From NCBI RefSeq assembly GCF_006345805.1, contig NW_021826098.1, positions 1-13,625 on the forward strand: a stretch of DNA of 13,625 nucleotides, in the 5' to 3' direction. The position numbers were made by a program, and so were the translations under genes. The stretch is from Octopus sinensis. Its lineage: Eukaryota. The notes beneath the pieces are model-generated. The model made no database searches. It saw nothing but the letters and a program-made list of their open reading frames with translations, and was not told where the DNA came from. Shown here in pieces: positions 7,861-13,625 of the stretch; within the stretch, counting starts at the first letter, position 1; the number at the start of each line of letters is the position of its first letter.

Positions 7861-8019
7861 TATGTGTTATTTTATTGGTCACTTTTGCCGATCCGCTATG
7901 TTAAGGGGGGGGTGTTATGGTTGCTTGGAACCAAATGCTCACCGACAAATTATCGTCAGAAATTAAATAAGTTTTCTCCACTTATCTGAATATTCTATGG
8001 TCTCATATAAGTTTCTGAT

Positions 8020-8411
8020 CGATTATTGGGATGGCGATATCTCATTTCTCTAGTTACTAAAATGCAAACCCGACGAAGTTCCCTCCTTTCCCAGAATATA
8101 TTTCAGTTGGTTGTAATTATGCTTGTTGTTCACTGATGACAAGGCTATGATCAGAGGCGTTTCGGTCATGATCATCCCGTCGATTTACTTACTTCACATA
8201 TGTGTTGTGTTCTTTCCTTGTTAAATCGGTAGGGTGTGAGACAATTGAATATCATAGTCTCAAATGCTTACGATAGGGCTGATAGCGCAAATGTTCAAGT
8301 AATGGACATTCACTTGTCCTGAAACCTACACCGACAATCATTATTCTAATACATCACATGATGTGGATGTTAATTTTTATAGATCTTTCCGAAATATAAG
8401 TCCGACCTTAC
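8020..8411. repeat. Block Z, full copy (paralogous to 11609-12019 and 1-167)
   Basis: Starts cgattattgggatggcgatatc and ends gtccgaccttac in both full copies; many substitutions between them. Confidence 0.9.
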
Positions 8412-8746
8412 TATCAAGATGAAGCATCAATTTATTAAATGACATCTAGGATTGAATTTCTGCTACTAGCAGAGAATGAAAGTGAGATTCTACGTGGTTT
8501 ACTCTGCATGTGTGTTTAGTATATTGTACCTTCATGTACAAGGGTATCTCAAGTAAAACATAGCCTCGAATGTTTAGGGACGTCCAGTTCACCCTGTGTA
8601 ACTTGCCACAGGAGTCACACAGCAGATGCAGGTACTAGAGGTTAAAGACTGTACTAATTCCCTAAGTGTTCACTTGAGCATCCGCATACCAATTTATTAT
8701 TACTCGATATACACAAAAAACTTTAGATTGTCTGAGTACGTTCGCG

Positions 8747-8787
<41 letters not shown>

Positions 8788-8937
8788 ATATATATTAATG
8801 TATATATATATATTAATGTATATGTGGGCGTCTATGTGCATCTGTGTGTGTGAGTACATGCACAAGTGTTCGGCTTTTAACATACACACACAGACACACA
8901 CACATGCACATACACACACACGCACACGATCACACAT
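8747..8937. repeat. (TA)n and (CA)n microsatellites
   Basis: TA 8747-8822; CA about 8881-8937. Confidence 0.9.
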
Positions 8938-8962
8938 ATTTGTATATATATATATATAAAAA

Positions 8963-9748
8963 TATTCATACGCATTCAGAGATCTACACACACATATAAA
9001 TAGTGTATTCTCTTTAATTCTTTTACTTGTTTAAGTCATTTGACTGCGGCCTTGCTGGAGTACCACCTGAAAGGCCTTTAAGCCGAAGAGCCGAAGAAAT
9101 TTACAGTTGGGCTTAGTTTTTGTAAGCCTGGTACATATTTTTTTGAACGCTTTTGCCGAACAACTATGTTAAGGCGGGAGTAAAAGAACTGCTCTCAAGC
9201 TGTGAACGGGTAGCAAACAGTCACACAGACACACAAGCACACAGGTAAACACACACACACACACGCTCTCACACACACACGCGCGCGCGCACCACACATA
9301 CACTCACAGACACACTCACACACACATATGTATATATATATATAGGTTTCCTTCGGGTCCGTCTACTAACCCACTCACAAGTCTTTGCTGGGCCCGAGGT
9401 TATAGTAGAAGACACTCCCAGGTTGCCAAGCAGGGAAACGAAACCTGGATCTATGTGCTTGCGGAGCAAGCTTCTTGCCACATAGCCACGCTATGCATGT
9501 GTGTTTATGTAGACGTCTATAAAACAGGATGAAGAGGACAATCAAATGTTTATTACTTACGTGCGTACACGTTATGGTTGCTTGGAACTGGACCAAATGC
9601 TCACCGACAAATGACTGTCAGGAACAACGTTATTCTATTAAGTTGCATAGTATATAGAAAGATAGAGAGAGATGGAAATAAAATATCATATATGTGTGTG
9701 TATATATAAATGTTAAATCTTAAAAGAAAAATAACAAAACTCGATTTA
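8963..9748 (+). repeat. Older duplication, copy 1 (S and X blocks; paralogous to 10349-11127)
   Basis: Shared non-SINE flanks tattcatacgcatt...cacacatataaa..gtgtatt and caggatgaa.aggaca...acaacgttattctattaagttgcatagt...aaatgttaaatcttaaaagaaaa; offset about 1380-1386. Confidence 0.9.
9010..9496 (-). mobile_element. Composite CORE-like SINE (block S), reverse orientation
   Basis: 3' module (ttacttgtttaagtcatttgactgcggcc), CA/TA spacer, then head (ggcccgaggttatagtagaagacactccca...cttgccacatagccacg). Confidence 0.8.
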
Positions 9749-9749
9749 T

Positions 9750-10012
9750 CTATTCGCATTCTGATTTCCTTTCCTGTCGAACTACCCTTTGCCTTTCATT
9801 TCTCAGAGGTGCTGAAGTCCAATTAGTCGACTGTCCAATTCCCCCACAAAACACAACCACTGGCAATCTACCTAACCCAGAAACCACTTTATAGGCGGCA
9901 ATCTAGGACTTTAGGACGAAGAATTTCTACGCGGGGTCATACGTAATCATGTATGGTTATATAAAGATGCATGATGATATATATACATAAACAAACACGC
10001 ACCAAATATGTG
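9750..10012. repeat. Block W copy 2
   Basis: Aligns to 7364-7630. Confidence 0.9.
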
Positions 10013-10063
10013 TGTGTGTATGAATGTGTGCGCATATGAGTGTGTGTATGTATTTTCGTTGTG

Positions 10064-10222
10064 TATATATATATATATAAATATATATATGTATATATAT
10101 ATATATAAATATATATATATTGTATATATATATATATATATAAATTATATATGTATATATATGTATATATATTATATTATATATATATATATAATATTTA
10201 TATATATATATATATATATATT
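10064..10222. repeat. Long interrupted (TA)n tract
   Basis: About 160 bp, almost entirely A/T. Confidence 0.95.
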
Positions 10223-10348
10223 ACGAATGTATATGTGAGCGTTGTCTCTACATGTGTGTTGGAAATCATGCATATGTGTACGAGGCAAAACACTCACACA
10301 CAGACACACACACACATATATATATAGGTATATAAGTACATATTTATA

Positions 10349-11127
10349 TATTCATACGCATTTATATATATACACACACGCATGCGCACACACACATATA
10401 AAGGTGTATTCTTATTCTTTAAATTCCTTTACGTGTTGAAGTCATTTGCCCACGGTCATGCTGGAGAACCATATCAAAAGCCTTTAAGCCCAATAAATTG
10501 ACATCAGAGCTTATTCTTTGTAAGCCAAGTACTTATTTATTGGCCGCTTTTGCCGACCGCAATGTTAGGAGGGGCTTAAAAAACTTGCTGTCAAGATATG
10601 AAAGGGTAACAAACATAGTCGCAAAGGCAGAAGACAGAAACACACATACACAAACAAACAAACTCACACACACACACACAAACACATATATGCTTCAATA
10701 TATATAGATACATATAGAACGCACTTCTTTCGGTTTCCGTCTACCAAATCCACTCGTAAGGCTTTGGTCGGTCTGAGGTTATAGTAGAAGACACTTTCCC
10801 AAATTGCCATGCAGTGAAACTGAACCTGGATCTATCTGCTTGCGAACCATCTATCTTACCACATAGCCACGCCTATGCATGTGTGTTTATGTATAAGTCT
10901 ATATACAGGATGAACAGGACAAAGAAATGTTTAAATAATAATTCTGAAGTGCATGTAACAACGTTATGGTTGCTTGGAACAAAATGCTCACCGACAAATG
11001 ACAACGTTATTCTATTAAGTTGCATAGTGAGAGAAAGATAGAGAGAGAGGAAAAAATAAATCATATGTACATGTGTGTGTAGATACAAATGTTAAATCTT
11101 AAAAGAAAAGTAACAAAAATTGATTTA
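10349..11127 (+). repeat. Older duplication, copy 2 (S and X blocks)
   Basis: Aligns to 8963-9748. Confidence 0.9.
10410..10878 (-). mobile_element. Composite CORE-like SINE (block S), reverse orientation
   Basis: ttctttcggtttccgtctaccaaatccactcgtaaggctttggtcggtctgaggttatagtagaagacacttt...tcttaccacatagccacgcc. Confidence 0.8.
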
Positions 11128-11396
11128 CCTTTATAGAGCCGGCCCCAAATATGACTTCGGTTTGAATTTTTGACAGAAATTAAATCAATTTATCCACTTA
11201 TCTAAATATTTATTTTTTGTCCCACGTTCCAGGTGCTATCCGAAAAGCATACTGAATGAAATACCCTGTTGTAATAATTCTCTAATTATTTTTAAAACGA
11301 GAGTGGCAGTATTTTTTCTTGATGTATATGATTGGCTGAAATTCTTTAATATCCGGAAAATAAATCCATTTTCCAGCTAGTCACCATTCCTACACG
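11105..11396. repeat. Block Y, second copy
   Basis: Aligns to 6042-6345. Confidence 0.8.
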
Positions 11397-11608
11397 TCGA
11401 GTGTTGAAATGGTCGCTGTGCAACATAAGATGAATTGTTCTGCGCACAAAACACCACTCGTCCCAGGATCTGAAATCACGACCTTAATCACGATTTCCTG
11501 TCCTCGACTTCTATTATATTACCAAAACTTTATTTTTCATATGTCCTGACAAAACCACAGAATTTTATGTACTTGTCGCTTTTCTAAAACAAACGCCATT
11601 GTTTTTAC

Positions 11609-12019
11609 CGATTATTGGGATGGCGATATCTGCTCAAAAATATGACCTCATCGCTCTAGTTACTAAAATGGAAACCCGGCCAATTTTCTCGTTTCGCAGA
11701 ATATATTTCAGTTATTTGTAAAGAATGCTTGTTGTTCAATGATGACAAGACTATGATCAGAGGCGTTTCGGCCATGATCATGCCGTTGATTTACTTACAT
11801 CGCAATGTGTGTTGTGTTCTTTACGTGGTTAAGACGGTAGGGTGTGGGACAATGGAATATCATTGTCTCAAATGCTTACGATAGGGCTGATAGCGCAAAC
11901 GTTCAAGTAATGGACAATCATTAGTCCTGAAACCTACACCTGCAATCATTATTGTAATACATCACATGATGTGGATGTTAATTTTCATAGATCTCTCCGA
12001 AATATAAGTCCGACCTTAC
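11609..12019. repeat. Block Z, full copy abutting the R4/Dong fragments
   Basis: Aligns to 8020-8411; the right half is near-identical to 1-167. Confidence 0.9.
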
Positions 12020-13625
12020 AATTAATTTTTGCTTCGAAACTCTGTCTCCCTCTTCAGCTTCCTTTCAGCAACCATAACCATGTCTCAATATTACTATTTC
12101 CTGCAACTATCTTTGCCAATCGACATTGCCATACATTCTCTTGTCAGTTAGATTATCTTCCTACTTTTTTTATTGTTTTAATTTCATTTGGCTTTTTCCT
12201 TTCCTATCTCCTACTATAACTCAGGCAAATCATAAATTTTATTCATTATTATATATATCAACTCTAGCTAACTCTACCCTACTTTCTGCTGATATTAAAC
12301 CGCTTCCACCTTCGTTATTCTAAGTAAGTGCAATCTTGCTCTTCCTAATCGAGGTTGAAGTCCTGTATTCATATTGAAATCCTTCCTAGTTCTGTCTAGA
12401 TTTGCTAATTCAGATCTTTTCCAATCAAAACAATTCTGCTGATACCGAATAAAATTAACGACACTCCCAAAGTTTTACAATCTTTACTAGATTTAGAACC
12501 TTCGCCTTCCCTTCATTAGCTTCTTCAACCTTCCGATGTACTCCTTAGCTATTTTTGTTTTCATTTCCATTGTTAGTACACTCTCAGATTCTAACACTCC
12601 GAAGCACTTATGATCTCTGCCTTCAGTGATATTACTTTCTTGCTATCTGGCCTTCACTGCTGACTCCCTTTTCTCTGTGATTCATGTTAAAAGGTCTATA
12701 CATGGGAATTGCCTGGTGTTTTTGTCTTTTTGGGTTTATGTAGTTAGTTATGAATGCCCTGATCGTGTGCGGTTGCTACAAACACTGTCTCCCTTTTCAT
12801 TTTCCGTTCTGAAACCATATTAGTCTGTAAGTGTCCTTGGTTATTCTTTCTGTACCCTTTCCGTTCCACTGGTGCTTTGTAATTTATTTCCAGGAAATCA
12901 TACACCTAATTAGATATTATTCCTGTCATCAGCTTCCACATGAGGTGCAGACAGGTGATAGGCCGGTGATTATCCACTGCATTGCTTGTTGGAATATTTT
13001 GGCAAAGAATTGTTTGACTTTGGTCAGCCTCTTTGGGATTTGTACCCCGTTGTTGATCATTTTATATATTTGCTTGGCTATTCTTCTGTGTACTGCTGGG
13101 GAAATTTTCAGCCAATATCCTTGTACGCTATCCGGTCCTGGGTATTTCCAGTTTGGCGATTTAATCACTCTGGCCCACATTGGTAGTCAAATATACAATG
13201 AGGCGACGTGTGTTATAATACGCTGCTTTACTCGTCTTAATTAAACAATACTCTCCTCTCTCTCTCTTTCTCTCTCTCTCCTCTAATAACTTAATTAAAT
13301 TTAACTCTCTATAATTATCTACGATGACTATGCGAGAATTTGTATGGGGGTGTGTCTGTGCGTACAAACAGACATTTATCTGTCCATTTCTAAACTCATA
13401 CGTATGGATGTGTATGTATGGCCGTGTAAGTGTGTGTATCTGACTGTGTGTATATCAATAGGAATATGCCACTGCATATGTGTCTGTGTGTGTGTCTGTG
13501 TGTGTTTGCATATGTTAGTGCGTGTGTGTATGTGTATGTCTCTCTCGTATGTATGTGTGTGTATACATGCATCCTTTTAACCCCCAAGTCAAACACCCCT
13601 TCACTATATAGACTAACCTCTATAT
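11853..13625 (+). repeat. Copy 2 of the long direct repeat (paired with 1-1785)
   Basis: Colinear alignment to 1-1785 through the retroelement fragments, the CT tract and the TG-rich tract up to the window end. Confidence 0.97.
12031..13190 (-). mobile_element. Second copy of the decayed R4/Dong-like fragments
   Basis: Same motifs and same scrambled order as 179-1345 (ORF 12929..13180 begins MWARVIKSPNWKYPGPDSVQGYWLK); part of the long duplication. Confidence 0.85.

Noticed and set aside
8130-8185. Possible hammerhead ribozyme or Penelope-like terminus in block Z (ctgatga on plus; ccgaaacg after a catgatcatg palindrome on minus)
   Set aside because: The CUGAUGA and GAAA core elements are on opposite strands. 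On the minus strand no CUGANGA precedes the stem, and the spacing is too short for a permuted form. The 11750 copy lacks ctgatga.
1-13625. LTR retrotransposon with 1.8-kb LTRs (the window starts with TG)
   Set aside because: The end is not CA, no primer-binding site, polypurine tract, gag or pol is visible inside, and base 1 lies mid-way through block Z. The repeats themselves contain non-LTR debris.

Overview
AT-rich, repeat-dense eukaryotic DNA with no intact gene that I can support. The SINE repertoire (Deu/Nin-domain and CORE-like tRNA-derived SINEs with TA/TG/CA spacers and ATT tails) suggests an octopus or other coleoid genome (inference from memory of these families). Main architecture: bases 1-1785 recur at 11853-13625 (offset 11,852 bp), and both window edges appear to lie inside the repeat. 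The window therefore looks like one full unit plus 1.8 kb of an ~11.85-kb tandem/segmental duplication rather than an LTR element. The duplicated part carries decayed and internally scrambled R4/Dong-clade non-LTR retrotransposon sequence on the minus strand. Inside the unit are older nested duplications, named here W, S, X, Y and Z (7364-12019), a cluster of inverted SINEs (2065-3385), stacked SINEs (3821-4550) and many microsatellites. A few repeat-free islands look like decayed or candidate exons: 6860-7208 minus, 8476-8556 plus and 1819-1993 plus. These are weak and reported as hypotheses. Most ORFs in the supplied track are microsatellite or SINE artefacts. All alignments, counts and identities were done by eye.
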